In this document: in pieces, positions 1-8,405 of the stretch
How positions within the stretch are numbered: position 1 is the first letter of the stretch
Layout of the letters: every line of letters begins with the position of its first letter
From: a virus
Lineage: Duplodnaviria; Caudoviricetes
Virus record (IMG/VR): IMGVR_UViG_3300012667_000014
Span: 1-27,019 of that record
Reading direction: 5' to 3' (one strand)
DNA length: 27,019 nt
Made by a program: the position numbers and the translations under genes
The notes under the pieces: generated by a model
Database searches by the model: none
What the model was told of the DNA's origin: nothing
Seen by the model: only the letters and a program-made list of their open reading frames with translations

Positions 1-2
1 AT

Positions 3-110
3 CGTGAGCAGCGTGTTGCAAAGGTCAAAGAACAAAGGCTTTGGCGTTGCAAACGCTGTGACGAATACTTCCAGACACTAGCAGAAGCAAGGGAACACAA
101 ACATGGTTGA
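3..110 (+). CDS. 3' end of a small Zn-finger-like protein (partial, runs off left edge)
   Basis: Manual translation: ...REQRVAKVKEQRLWRCKRCDEYFQTLAEAREHKHG*, with a C-x2-C-x3-F-x8-H-x-H pattern. Not in the ORF track. Confidence 0.55.
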   Translation, partial: REQRVAKVKEQRLWRCKRCDEYFQTLAEAREHKHG

Positions 111-195
111 AATTATTTGTTTTTTATTTGTTGCAGCAGTCTTTTATGTAACTGTGTTTTTTGTAGTTCTTGCTTTATTAATTGCTCAAGATTAA
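103..195 (+). CDS. Small hydrophobic membrane peptide (30 aa)
   Basis: MVEIICFLFVAAVFYVTVFFVVLALLIAQD*. Purine-rich AAGGGAA upstream, start overlaps the previous stop, and its stop overlaps the convergent endolysin stop (TTAA 192-195). Confidence 0.5.
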   Translation: MVEIICFLFVAAVFYVTVFFVVLALLIAQD

Positions 196-641
196 GCGTG
201 GTATTCGGCTTCTGTCAGGATGCCAGGTTTATATTTGTTTTCAGGCCGATAAATAGTCAGCTTTTGTTGACGCATTTCAGGCGCAAATGAAATGTGCATC
301 CAACGACCATATTCGTGAATCATTTGGTCAAATTTAATGCCTAATTCTTCAACCTTTTGACAAAGTTGAATTGGTGTCAAGTTAGACGATGAAACGTCAA
401 TTGCAAAGCCATCCATGTGTGAACTGACTTTAGAACCACCCACAGCCACGTTCACATCAGGCAAACGCAACCATGAGTTGATGCGCAACGGGCCTGTTGC
501 AGCGCGTAATGGTTCCAAGCAAGCAGCAGCGTGTTTCATGTTTTCCAATTGAATGTCGCTAGGCTGGTTTGGGATGCCCATACGCACAGCAGTTTCGCTG
601 TAAGTGGCTTCTTCAAGGGTAAAGTGTTCTGAAAGGTTCAT
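192..641 (-). CDS. Endolysin, peptidase M15A-type zinc peptidase
   Basis: LSEHFTLEE N-terminus, INSWLR, SSHMDGFAID (H-x6-D) and WMHIS zinc-ligand motifs; last gene of the lysis cluster. Confidence 0.88.
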   Translation of the reverse strand: MNLSEHFTLEEATYSETAVRMGIPNQPSDIQLENMKHAAACLEPLRAATGPLRINSWLRLPDVNVAVGGSKVSSHMDGFAIDVSSSNLTPIQLCQKVEELGIKFDQMIHEYGRWMHISFAPEMRQQKLTIYRPENKYKPGILTEAEYHA

Positions 642-1033
642 TTTGTAAACTTGTTGTAAAGGTCAATGCAAGAATTCAATTCAATTATGGCTTGGTCACC
701 GTCTGCTGTGATGGCGATAAGGTCGTCAGCAGTCTTTGGGTCAAGTTCGGCTCTCGCTTCTGAATTTCCTGCGGCAGTGGTGGCAGAGCAACTGGAACGG
801 ACTGACAACCTGATAGCGCCAGCAGCAACATCGGAACGAAGCTGGTTAATTTTTTGTTTGGCATTTTCTTTATCCTTGTGAAGTTCGTCAGTAGCTTTTG
901 CCACTTCAATGGCACGTTGGGCAACAATGCGGTTGATTTCTTCTTGTTGCTCTAAATAGGCAACGTGATGTCCCATGTAGAACACAGAAATCAATGCAAG
1001 CGTAATTGCAATAACACTATTCGGGCTTGGCAT
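638..1033 (-). CDS. Rz-like inner-membrane spanin
   Basis: Start reassigned to ATG 1033 (MPSPNS...). N-terminal TM helix, coiled coil, C-terminal ARAELDP...ITADGDQAIIELNSC typical of Rz; contains an embedded lipoprotein ORF. Confidence 0.85.
   Translation of the reverse strand: MPSPNSVIAITLALISVFYMGHHVAYLEQQEEINRIVAQRAIEVAKATDELHKDKENAKQKINQLRSDVAAGAIRLSVRSSCSATTAAGNSEARAELDPKTADDLIAITADGDQAIIELNSCIDLYNKFTK
685..864 (-). CDS. Rz1-like outer-membrane lipoprotein spanin embedded in Rz
   Basis: MPNKKLTSFVPMLLLALSG|CQSVPVALPPLP...: basic N-region, hydrophobic core, lipobox LSGC, Pro-rich mature part; different frame, fully inside Rz. Confidence 0.8.
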   Translation of the reverse strand: MPNKKLTSFVPMLLLALSGCQSVPVALPPLPQEIQKREPNLTQRLLTTLSPSQQTVTKP

Positions 1034-1274
1034 TTTTTTCTTCTTTGTTAAAAGCAGAAACGCTAAGGATTGCGCCAAAAGCTATGTGAATAAAACCGCC
1101 ATTTGTTAACGTAAGCGGAACCCATTGTCGAAACGCATCATTAGCTGCTTGTGTTTCCCAAAACTGAACAATGGTATACATGACAGGAAACGCCACAAAA
1201 TCGGCAATGTTCACAATCATGTAGGTTAGACCCATCATATATGTCCACTTTTGTTTATGTGTTTCATCCATCAT
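1017..1274 (-). CDS. Holin (resembles the GTA-type 3TM holin family)
   Basis: 85 aa with two hydrophobic segments, WVPLTL..GGFIHIAFGAIL motif and charged C-terminus; directly upstream of the spanins. Confidence 0.65.
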   Translation of the reverse strand: MMDETHKQKWTYMMGLTYMIVNIADFVAFPVMYTIVQFWETQAANDAFRQWVPLTLTNGGFIHIAFGAILSVSAFNKEEKNAKPE

Positions 1275-1468
1275 TTTTCCTTTCTAAGTTCTTCTTTAAG
1301 TTTCCGCAGTTCACGGGCTTCTTTCTTGATTTCTGTTTTCATCCACAGTGTTTCCACATAGGCCATGAAAGACAGAGCAAACACAACAATCAGCACAACC
1401 AACACAATCAGGTGTGCCAGAAAGACGCTCGTTGAATCGCTTGGTTTTTTACTTGCCACAACAACCAT
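1271..1468 (-). CDS. Small single-TM membrane protein
   Basis: 65 aa; a long hydrophobic stretch followed by a charged helix; stop overlaps the holin start. Confidence 0.6.
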   Translation of the reverse strand: MVVVASKKPSDSTSVFLAHLIVLVVLIVVFALSFMAYVETLWMKTEIKKEARELRKLKEELRKEK

Positions 1469-2094
1469 CCCAAAAAAAGCAACCCAACCAAAGCAACGCC
1501 AGCATCAATTGACTTTTCGGCAATCTCACGCATCAAAGAATTTTGCTCACGTTTTAAAGCTGCATCCTCTTTAGCTTGCTTCTCACGCGCCAGCCTTTGT
1601 TCTTCTTCTATCTGCTTACGCATTTCCTCAAACTGTGTCCACAAAGCACCCAATTCAGGTGGGCTGTGATACACCATCTGTTCACGCAACTCGACCTGCA
1701 TAGCCAACAGCTTCTGACGCACCATAATGCGCTTCAAAGCCATTCGCTTTAATGAAGTGCCAGCAGCTTGAACCTTCTTAGCTTCACGCTCCTGCTCCCA
1801 AAAAAGTTCCTCAAGCCTGTCAAACGCATCAAACATATTTCCAAGTTCGTCACCAATCTTGAAAATAATTTGGTCAGGGTCTGCTTTTGCTACTTCCGCA
1901 ACACGCGCCTTTTCAGCCTCAATTTTTTTAGCTTGTTCCTTAGAAACCGTTTTGCCAGCGAATTGACCAGAAATTTCATCATAGATTTGTTTGACGTTGC
2001 CAGCTACGCTTTTCACTTCTTTGTAAAGAGCGCAACCATCTTTGACTAACTTGAAAGCCGTTGTTGCCGCGAATAACGCAGTCCCAATTGGCAC
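1408..2094 (-). CDS. Hypothetical coiled-coil protein with C-terminal TM helix
   Basis: 228-aa helical, charged ORF; GVALVGLLFLGWLLW near the C-terminus; tightly packed with neighbours. Confidence 0.7.
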   Translation of the reverse strand: MPIGTALFAATTAFKLVKDGCALYKEVKSVAGNVKQIYDEISGQFAGKTVSKEQAKKIEAEKARVAEVAKADPDQIIFKIGDELGNMFDAFDRLEELFWEQEREAKKVQAAGTSLKRMALKRIMVRQKLLAMQVELREQMVYHSPPELGALWTQFEEMRKQIEEEQRLAREKQAKEDAALKREQNSLMREIAEKSIDAGVALVGLLFLGWLLWQVKNQAIQRASFWHT

Positions 2095-2095
2095 A

Positions 2096-2299
2096 TCACA
2101 AACCGATTAGCTTGGCAAAGAACTTGGCAGCAGCGCCAGGGCCAAACAACACAGCAACAAGCACCGCATAAATAAGAAATTCCATCTTATCCATGCGTTT
2201 CTTGCCGCTTTCAAATTGCTCTGAAATACGCTCATAGCGCATTGCACACACTTCTTCATGCGTAGACAGTCTGGCATCCGTTGCGTCTATTGTTGTCAT
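2096..2299 (-). CDS. Small coiled-coil + TM protein (XhlA/holin-like)
   Basis: Start reassigned to ATG 2299 (MTTIDATDARLSTHEEVCAMRYERI...), just after the previous stop; C-terminal hydrophobic helix. Confidence 0.65.
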   Translation of the reverse strand: MTTIDATDARLSTHEEVCAMRYERISEQFESGKKRMDKMEFLIYAVLVAVLFGPGAAAKFFAKLIGL

Positions 2300-2300
2300 G

Positions 2301-2843
2301 TTATGTCTTCTGGATAAAGGCCAATGAATAGTACAAAGGCAGGTTAGTGCCAACGTTGCTAGTAACAGAACTTGTAAATCCGCCTGTGTTGCCAACAGCG
2401 TAAGTGTTACCAGCACCAACAACAAAGCTGTCTTTCAGGTTAGGCGTTCCGTTAGTTCCATCACACAGAACGTAACCAGAAGGAATTGAAGCAATCGAGC
2501 CTGACCACATAATGATGCCGCCAGCAGGCACAGCAGACACGCTAGGTGTTGTGCCAATGATGCCGTAAAGGTTGTCGTAAGTTTGAATCACCACATTAGA
2601 TGAATCAGTCAGGACAAACTTGTAAGTAGAACCAGAAGTTAGCCAAATCTCAGCAGGTGGGCGACCATCTGTGCCTAGTTGGATTGGGTTAGTGTTGGCA
2701 ATAGTGCCAGCAGAATCCGTGTAGGTTGCAGATGGGGTTGTTGAACCAGCTTGGTAGGTGTAGAGAAAACCGCCTGCAAGTGGAACGCCTGTGGTGGTAA
2801 AGAACTGAAAGCCGTTACCGATTGGGGAGAGATTGACTGCCAT
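2301..2843 (-). CDS. Short tail appendage protein: tailspike head-binding-like N-domain plus tail-collar domain
   Basis: N-terminal G.PLAGG.LYTY.AG.TTP...Y.D..G..ANTNPI.L..DGR pattern; C-terminal GGIIMWSGSIASIPSGYVLCDGTNGTPNL collar motif; occupies the P22 gene 9 position. Confidence 0.75.
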   Translation of the reverse strand: MAVNLSPIGNGFQFFTTTGVPLAGGFLYTYQAGSTTPSATYTDSAGTIANTNPIQLGTDGRPPAEIWLTSGSTYKFVLTDSSNVVIQTYDNLYGIIGTTPSVSAVPAGGIIMWSGSIASIPSGYVLCDGTNGTPNLKDSFVVGAGNTYAVGNTGGFTSSVTSNVGTNLPLYYSLAFIQKT

Positions 2844-2845
2844 TT

Positions 2846-5014
2846 TTAATCCTTGTTAGCCATGCCACGAAGTTCAATACGAGTTGGTTGTGTGCTGATA
2901 CCAGCAGACCTAGAAATTGATTGTTGCAATTTCTTTTGTTTTGCCAATGCCTCTGCTTCTGCTGCTGCTTTTGCTTTTTTAGCCTCAAAAACAGGTTTTA
3001 AAATTGATGAAACAACACCGCTTGCGCCGCCTGTTTTAATGTTTAATGCAGCTTCACCAGCGCCAAGCATTAAGTCTTTTGCTGCTTGTGTAGCAGCTTG
3101 ACGTTCACTAGTAATAGCTGTTTGAGAAACGTTTGCATTGCCGCCAGAACGATTTTTAACGTGTTCCGACAATTCAGCCACTTCACCAATGTTGCGTAGT
3201 CGGTTAGCCACTTCAGGGCCAGCAACAATGTCTAAACGAGCATCTAACTTGTTTAGTTCCTTACGCAAAGCCATTTGGTTAACGTTGCCCTTATCGTCAA
3301 TTACGCCAGCCTTTTGCTTAATATGGTCAACAAGACCTGCAATCAATTCTTGGTGTGCTGGCGAATCTTTGCCAACCAATTCAATCATGCGGCTTAAATC
3401 AGCAGGAGTTGATTTGCTACCAGCAACAAAATTATCAAAGAATTTATTAGCCGCTGGATGTGGAACGTTACCCATCAAGATTTCAGCAGGAGTTCTGTTG
3501 TCTTCATAAGCCATTGCATACAACTTGTTGTAAGTTGGTTTTTGAGGATTTAACATGTCTTTTTGTTTTGCAAACAAAGACCTTGCAAGAATAGCTTTAT
3601 CTCTAAAAGCAATTGCTTCAGCGTCTTTCATTGGCAGTTCTTCAAAAGCGTCACGCACTAAACCTAGTACATGAGATGCCGTGCCATCGCCTTGTCTATT
3701 TGCCAAACGTCTTTCAGATTCAACGTCAGAAATTAAATTTTCAAACTTGTTTAAATTGCCTTCAGAACCATCAATGTACTTTTGCAATTTATCTTTAATT
3801 GTTTTTGGCAATTTGTCCAAACGGTCTTCAGCTTCAATTTTTGCTAAAGCATTTTCAGATGCTTGTTTTAAATCAACAACAAATTTGCCGTTTTCATCTT
3901 GCAATGCACCATAGGCTTTTTTGATGTTTGCTGTATCTACATCAACACGATTTGCCTTAACTTCTTCCAAGATGTTGTTAGCTTTACCTTCCAACTTAAT
4001 GCCAGAATGTTCAGGAGCAAATTGTTCTTTGATGTTGTTAAAGCCTTTAATCAGCATTGGGTCACGCTGCTCAAACTTTGCTCGCAAAGCCTCATTGCCT
4101 GGCTGTGCTTTTTGGTTGTATTCGTCAGAAAGTTTGACAATGTCTTGCAATGCCTGACCTTCAGTTGGAACAAAATCAGGGTCAACTTTGGCAAATTTAT
4201 TGTGAATTTCCAAAGCCTGCAATTCTTGTGGCGTAAATTCTTGTGGCAACTTGTCACCCAAAGAAGCACGAAGTTCTGGCGTTGCTTCAGCCAAAGCAGC
4301 TTTAACTGCATTTTCTTGTGCAACGGCAGCAGCTCCACCACTTTGAAGTTTAGAAGTGTTGTCCATTGCAACAGGCGGCACAGCTTCCATTTGCACGTTA
4401 GGCTTTTTCAAACCGCCAAACTGTGCTTCTAACTGATTAGATGCAACATCGGCAGCTTGACCAGCCAACTTACGCTCTGGTTTCATACCAAGAACTTCAG
4501 GCATGATGGGTGGCAATTTACTTGCTTCAAAAGCACTTTGCAAATCGCCCATGTATTCTTGGCCCTTTTCGGTGCGCGGCTGGTAGGTCATCTGACCCAT
4601 CAAGTTTTTCGCTTGTTCTTCAGCAACTTGCATACCTTCTTTTGTCCCGTATTTACCAGAACGAAGGTTAGCAACAATGCCAGTGGCAGCGCCAAGAGGT
4701 GCAGCAATTGCGCCAGTTAAAGCACTTAAACCAACTTCACCAGCGCCAAGCAACGCATTGCCCAATTGAGGCAAAGGTTCTTGATTTGCTTGTTTTACTT
4801 TTGCAGTGGTCGGCTTGCCAACGTTTAGAAATGCAGCAACGTCAGGGTCTGACATATAGTCAGATGCTGGAGTTTCCGCATCAGGTTGAAGTTGTGGATT
4901 CTTTCCTGACATTGCGCTTTTCTTTGGTGCAATATCTTTTGTAGGAATCTGACTAACAGACGATTTGCCGCCCGTCAGAAATGCTGCAATGTCTGGGTCG
5001 GTATCGTATGCCAT
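2846..5014 (-). CDS. Internal virion/ejection protein (P22 gp16 position)
   Basis: 722-aa Ala/Lys/Glu-rich helical protein; third of three large ORFs after the tail hub. Assignment is by synteny. Confidence 0.6.
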   Translation of the reverse strand: MAYDTDPDIAAFLTGGKSSVSQIPTKDIAPKKSAMSGKNPQLQPDAETPASDYMSDPDVAAFLNVGKPTTAKVKQANQEPLPQLGNALLGAGEVGLSALTGAIAAPLGAATGIVANLRSGKYGTKEGMQVAEEQAKNLMGQMTYQPRTEKGQEYMGDLQSAFEASKLPPIMPEVLGMKPERKLAGQAADVASNQLEAQFGGLKKPNVQMEAVPPVAMDNTSKLQSGGAAAVAQENAVKAALAEATPELRASLGDKLPQEFTPQELQALEIHNKFAKVDPDFVPTEGQALQDIVKLSDEYNQKAQPGNEALRAKFEQRDPMLIKGFNNIKEQFAPEHSGIKLEGKANNILEEVKANRVDVDTANIKKAYGALQDENGKFVVDLKQASENALAKIEAEDRLDKLPKTIKDKLQKYIDGSEGNLNKFENLISDVESERRLANRQGDGTASHVLGLVRDAFEELPMKDAEAIAFRDKAILARSLFAKQKDMLNPQKPTYNKLYAMAYEDNRTPAEILMGNVPHPAANKFFDNFVAGSKSTPADLSRMIELVGKDSPAHQELIAGLVDHIKQKAGVIDDKGNVNQMALRKELNKLDARLDIVAGPEVANRLRNIGEVAELSEHVKNRSGGNANVSQTAITSERQAATQAAKDLMLGAGEAALNIKTGGASGVVSSILKPVFEAKKAKAAAEAEALAKQKKLQQSISRSAGISTQPTRIELRGMANKD

Positions 5015-6342
5015 TAGAAGTCACCTTTTTCAAGACGCTTAATTGTCTCAGCTTTTTTAGCCAAGGCGCGGCGTTCTTCCTCGCTTGTCCCCTTCAACAC
5101 CAACTGAATTTGGCCCTGCTTTTCAGCTGGAGACATATCAGAAGAATTGATGTTTTGAACCATAAAGATTCGCGGGTCGTAGTTTTCAGCCCATGATTGT
5201 TTAAAGTTACGAGCGTGGATTGGGCCGTTGTATGTTCCAGCCTTTTCGTAATACTTATTCAAACCAGAGTTGAATTTTTCCAAAGCGGTAGAAGTAGCAT
5301 CAGCACGTTGAACAATTTGAGCCAAAGCACCTGCTGTAATGTTTTCACTACCGTTAGCAATAGCAACCACTTGACGCGCTTGGTCTGTGGCAGAACTTGC
5401 ACCCATCAAAGCAGCTTGACGCATTTGGTTGTCAGCCAAGTTTTTAATCAATTCGTCAAGTTGTTCGCTACCAGCAATGAATTTCCCAGCAGAACGCAAT
5501 GCCTGACCTGGTGCGCTACCAGCAGCAGCAGCAATGTTTTCTTTAATCTTGCGTGATGTTTGTTTTGCTTCTTGTGCAGCTTGAGCCAAACTTGTTGATT
5601 CTTTTTGAAGTGTTTGACCTTCTTCAAATCGAGCCGTTTGCTGTGTGTTCATCTGTGGAACGCCGCCAGAAGGAACTGGCATATCTTGACGCACAAGGCT
5701 TGATGATTGTGGAACGGCAGGAGCAGCAGGGCTTGCTGGAGCAGCAGGGGCGGCAGGAGCAGCGCCACCAGCACCAATTTGCTCAAGGCGACCAGATGCG
5801 GGAGCGTATTGGTATTTAACACCGTTGATTTCAACAGTGCCACCAGTTTGCATTGCTCGTTTTCCTTCAGGCGAAATTTGCGTGTCAACGATGTTGTTGA
5901 TTGATTGACGCACAGCAGCAGGGTTCTTTTGAGCAACTTGAAACAGAGGGTTAAACACACCATCCACAGTTTCAGCAGGCAAGCCGTATGTAGTGGCGCG
6001 TTGCTTTGCTTCGTACAAAGCACCCATTACATCATTTGCGTCTTTGCTTTTCAATCGTGGGTCGTTCAACACACCGCCAGCCAAGCCATACAAGGTGCTT
6101 GTTTGCTTTTCATTCAAGCCAAGTTCAGCAGTGCCAGTTTGTGCCGTTTGTTGACGCACAGCCAATGGGTTCATTTGTTTAGCTTGAGCAATCTCCATCT
6201 GTGCTTTTTGCAAAGCCAAAGGGTTTAATTGTTCTGCTTGTTGGAACGCTTGAGCGCCGCGAGCCGTGTTAATCAGGTCGCCAAGGCTTGTGCCTTGTTG
6301 AGCCGCAGGACCAAGGTTGGTGTTGAATTGATAATCTGCCAT
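5014..6342 (-). CDS. Internal virion/ejection protein (P22 gp20 position)
   Basis: 442-aa Gln/Ala-rich helical protein with an Ala/Pro linker (AAPAAPAAPASPAAPA). Assignment is by synteny. Confidence 0.6.
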   Translation of the reverse strand: MADYQFNTNLGPAAQQGTSLGDLINTARGAQAFQQAEQLNPLALQKAQMEIAQAKQMNPLAVRQQTAQTGTAELGLNEKQTSTLYGLAGGVLNDPRLKSKDANDVMGALYEAKQRATTYGLPAETVDGVFNPLFQVAQKNPAAVRQSINNIVDTQISPEGKRAMQTGGTVEINGVKYQYAPASGRLEQIGAGGAAPAAPAAPASPAAPAVPQSSSLVRQDMPVPSGGVPQMNTQQTARFEEGQTLQKESTSLAQAAQEAKQTSRKIKENIAAAAGSAPGQALRSAGKFIAGSEQLDELIKNLADNQMRQAALMGASSATDQARQVVAIANGSENITAGALAQIVQRADATSTALEKFNSGLNKYYEKAGTYNGPIHARNFKQSWAENYDPRIFMVQNINSSDMSPAEKQGQIQLVLKGTSEEERRALAKKAETIKRLEKGDF

Positions 6343-6351
6343 GATGTTTCC

Positions 6352-7761
6352 TTATCCTACGCGACCACTTTGGTTCAGCAATTGAGACAACATATAGGTG
6401 TTGCCAATGTTGCCAACCGTATTTGACAAAGCGTTGGCAGAACCAACTTGACCAGCCGCTTGAGCCGATGCGCTTCCAATGCCCAACTGAGTTGCAGCGT
6501 TTGTTGCGTTTGTGCCTGCGGCATTGGTAGCTGTTTGACCAGCTTGACCAATACCAGCAATACCAGCCAAAGTGTTGTAAATGTTGGAGCGTTGGTTTTG
6601 ATAGTTAGTGAACGCGTTTTGATACGCATTGCCTGCGTAGTCTTGCGTGTACTTGTTCAAACCTTGCAAAGCATTGCCGCCCAAAGCGCCACCACCCATG
6701 TTTGCTGCACGTTGGTTAGCCATTTGGCCTTGTTGCAACATGAAGTCATAGTTTGGCGCAAGACCTTTTTGCAAGTCCGTAGCGTCAAACTGGTGGGTTA
6801 GGTAGCCAGAGCCTTCTGCTGTCCCAGTTGGGTTACCAGCAGCGTCATAAGTTGTATATTGACCGCCACCAAGACCGCCAATTTGATTTAAAGCGCCATA
6901 ACCAGCAGTGCGATAAGGCGCTTGCTGTTGGTTAATGGTGTTAAACATTTCGCCCTGCAATGCTGTTGCATCTCTTGCAGCGGCAGATTGAATGTTTGCA
7001 GCTTTCTTTGCGGCATCGGCTTGCAACAAACCTGTTATGGCTTGACCGCCAGCCATGTAAGGCAGCATTGCAGACAAACCTGAACTGGCAGCAGGCGTAA
7101 CGCTAGAAAGAGCCGCAGGAACAGCGCTGTAACCACCACCAAGCGTCATGCTGTTTGGAGAACCGCCAACACCACCAAGGTCAATGCCGCTTAAAGCCTC
7201 GCCGCCTGAAGCAGCTTCTGCTGCTCCAAGTTGACCAAGTGATGTACCAGTTACAGCGCCAGCAGAAACAGGGGATGTTACAGCCCCAAGTTCGCCAAGA
7301 GGCGTTCCAACCACAGAGCCTTGTGTTACTGGACTTGCTATGGCTCCAGAGTTTGCAACGGCTTCACCGCCACCAGTAAAACCAGCAGCTTCGCCAATTT
7401 GCCCATAGTTAGACAAATTGCCTTGATAACCGCCAGTAGCACCAGCGGCAAGGTTTGCCAATCTGCCAGTGTCGCTGTTTAGAATTTCTTGTGCGCCATC
7501 GTTAACTAGCTGTGACGTAATCAAGCTAGAGCCAGGCAGATAGTAGTTGCCAGCAATTACAGCGGCAGCAACTAGCGGGTCGCGCACATCCATGTAAACG
7601 TCATCAACGCCTTCAACAACGTCACCAACAATGTCGCCAACGCCTTCAATCGCATCAGTAACAATTGAAAGTGGATTTCCACCGCCATGCAGCGTCATTC
7701 TGCCGCCAATAGGCTTGAAAGCATTGATTGGCAGTTCACCGAAAAAAGCGTTGTATCTCAT
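6352..7761 (-). CDS. DNA transfer/ejection protein (P22 gp7-like)
   Basis: Gly/Ala-rich; AKKAANIQSAAA...QQAPY...G..AL and PNYDF.LQQG...G.L.GN.L..L..Y.QDYA...YQNAF motifs typical of this class. Confidence 0.7.
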   Translation of the reverse strand: MRYNAFFGELPINAFKPIGGRMTLHGGGNPLSIVTDAIEGVGDIVGDVVEGVDDVYMDVRDPLVAAAVIAGNYYLPGSSLITSQLVNDGAQEILNSDTGRLANLAAGATGGYQGNLSNYGQIGEAAGFTGGGEAVANSGAIASPVTQGSVVGTPLGELGAVTSPVSAGAVTGTSLGQLGAAEAASGGEALSGIDLGGVGGSPNSMTLGGGYSAVPAALSSVTPAASSGLSAMLPYMAGGQAITGLLQADAAKKAANIQSAAARDATALQGEMFNTINQQQAPYRTAGYGALNQIGGLGGGQYTTYDAAGNPTGTAEGSGYLTHQFDATDLQKGLAPNYDFMLQQGQMANQRAANMGGGALGGNALQGLNKYTQDYAGNAYQNAFTNYQNQRSNIYNTLAGIAGIGQAGQTATNAAGTNATNAATQLGIGSASAQAAGQVGSANALSNTVGNIGNTYMLSQLLNQSGRVG

Positions 7762-8162
7762 AATTTATGCTCCACCAGAATGTAACGCTGACTGAAACCC
7801 AATCTGCGCCACAGCCTTGCTACTGATTCTCTCACACCACCTTGTATTTTAGTCGCACCATGCGCCTTCAAGATAGCCTGAAATTGATTAAAAGTGTCTG
7901 AATTCGTGATGTTTTTCCCGCCTATCGCAGTAATAAACGCCACACGGTCATTTGGCATATTTGTGAACTGAACTGCAATCACGCCCAACATAGTCTGTTC
8001 GTCAAAAACCCCTAGCGTCAGCCATTGGCCTGAAGACAGATAAACCTTAACTTGGTCAACGGTGAAATCTCCACCAGAATGAGCCAATGAATCCTCAATA
8101 AAAGGCGCAATCCCCTGCCATCTTTGTGCAATCTGGTCAGTAGGTATGCGTAGAATTTTCAT
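7758..8162 (-). CDS. GNAT-fold-like virion assembly protein (P22 gp14 position)
   Basis: 134 aa, alpha/beta pattern ending in RESVARLWRRLGF; immediately upstream of the ejection proteins. Confidence 0.55.
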   Translation of the reverse strand: MKILRIPTDQIAQRWQGIAPFIEDSLAHSGGDFTVDQVKVYLSSGQWLTLGVFDEQTMLGVIAVQFTNMPNDRVAFITAIGGKNITNSDTFNQFQAILKAHGATKIQGGVRESVARLWRRLGFSQRYILVEHKL

Positions 8163-8405
8163 TCAAGGATTGTAATAAGGAACTTTGTAAGGCTTGCCGT
8201 TCACGGTCACATTTATGAACCCAACAGGATTAGCAGGTAGGGTCGGGCCACTTACCTCGGTATTCGCTGTCGTTGCCGAGGAAAAGTTCAACAGATTCAG
8301 AAAGAATTGTTGCCATGCCCTTGTCGGTCTTTTTGTCCCACCATCCAAGAACTCACTCTGTGGATATGGGTTAACTTGCGGAGAGCTATAAAGTCCGTTG
8401 GACAT
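8163..8405 (-). CDS. Small tail protein (tail needle/plug position)
   Basis: 80 aa directly after the gp10-like gene; PTRAWQQFF helix and C-terminal GFINVTVNGKPYKVPYY. Confidence 0.55.
   Translation of the reverse strand: MSNGLYSSPQVNPYPQSEFLDGGTKRPTRAWQQFFLNLLNFSSATTANTEVSGPTLPANPVGFINVTVNGKPYKVPYYNP

Noticed and set aside
1030-1045. Programmed frameshift fusing holin to Rz at the A-run
   Set aside because: Rz is in the +1 frame relative to the holin, so a -1 slip would not join them, and Rz has its own ATG at 1033.
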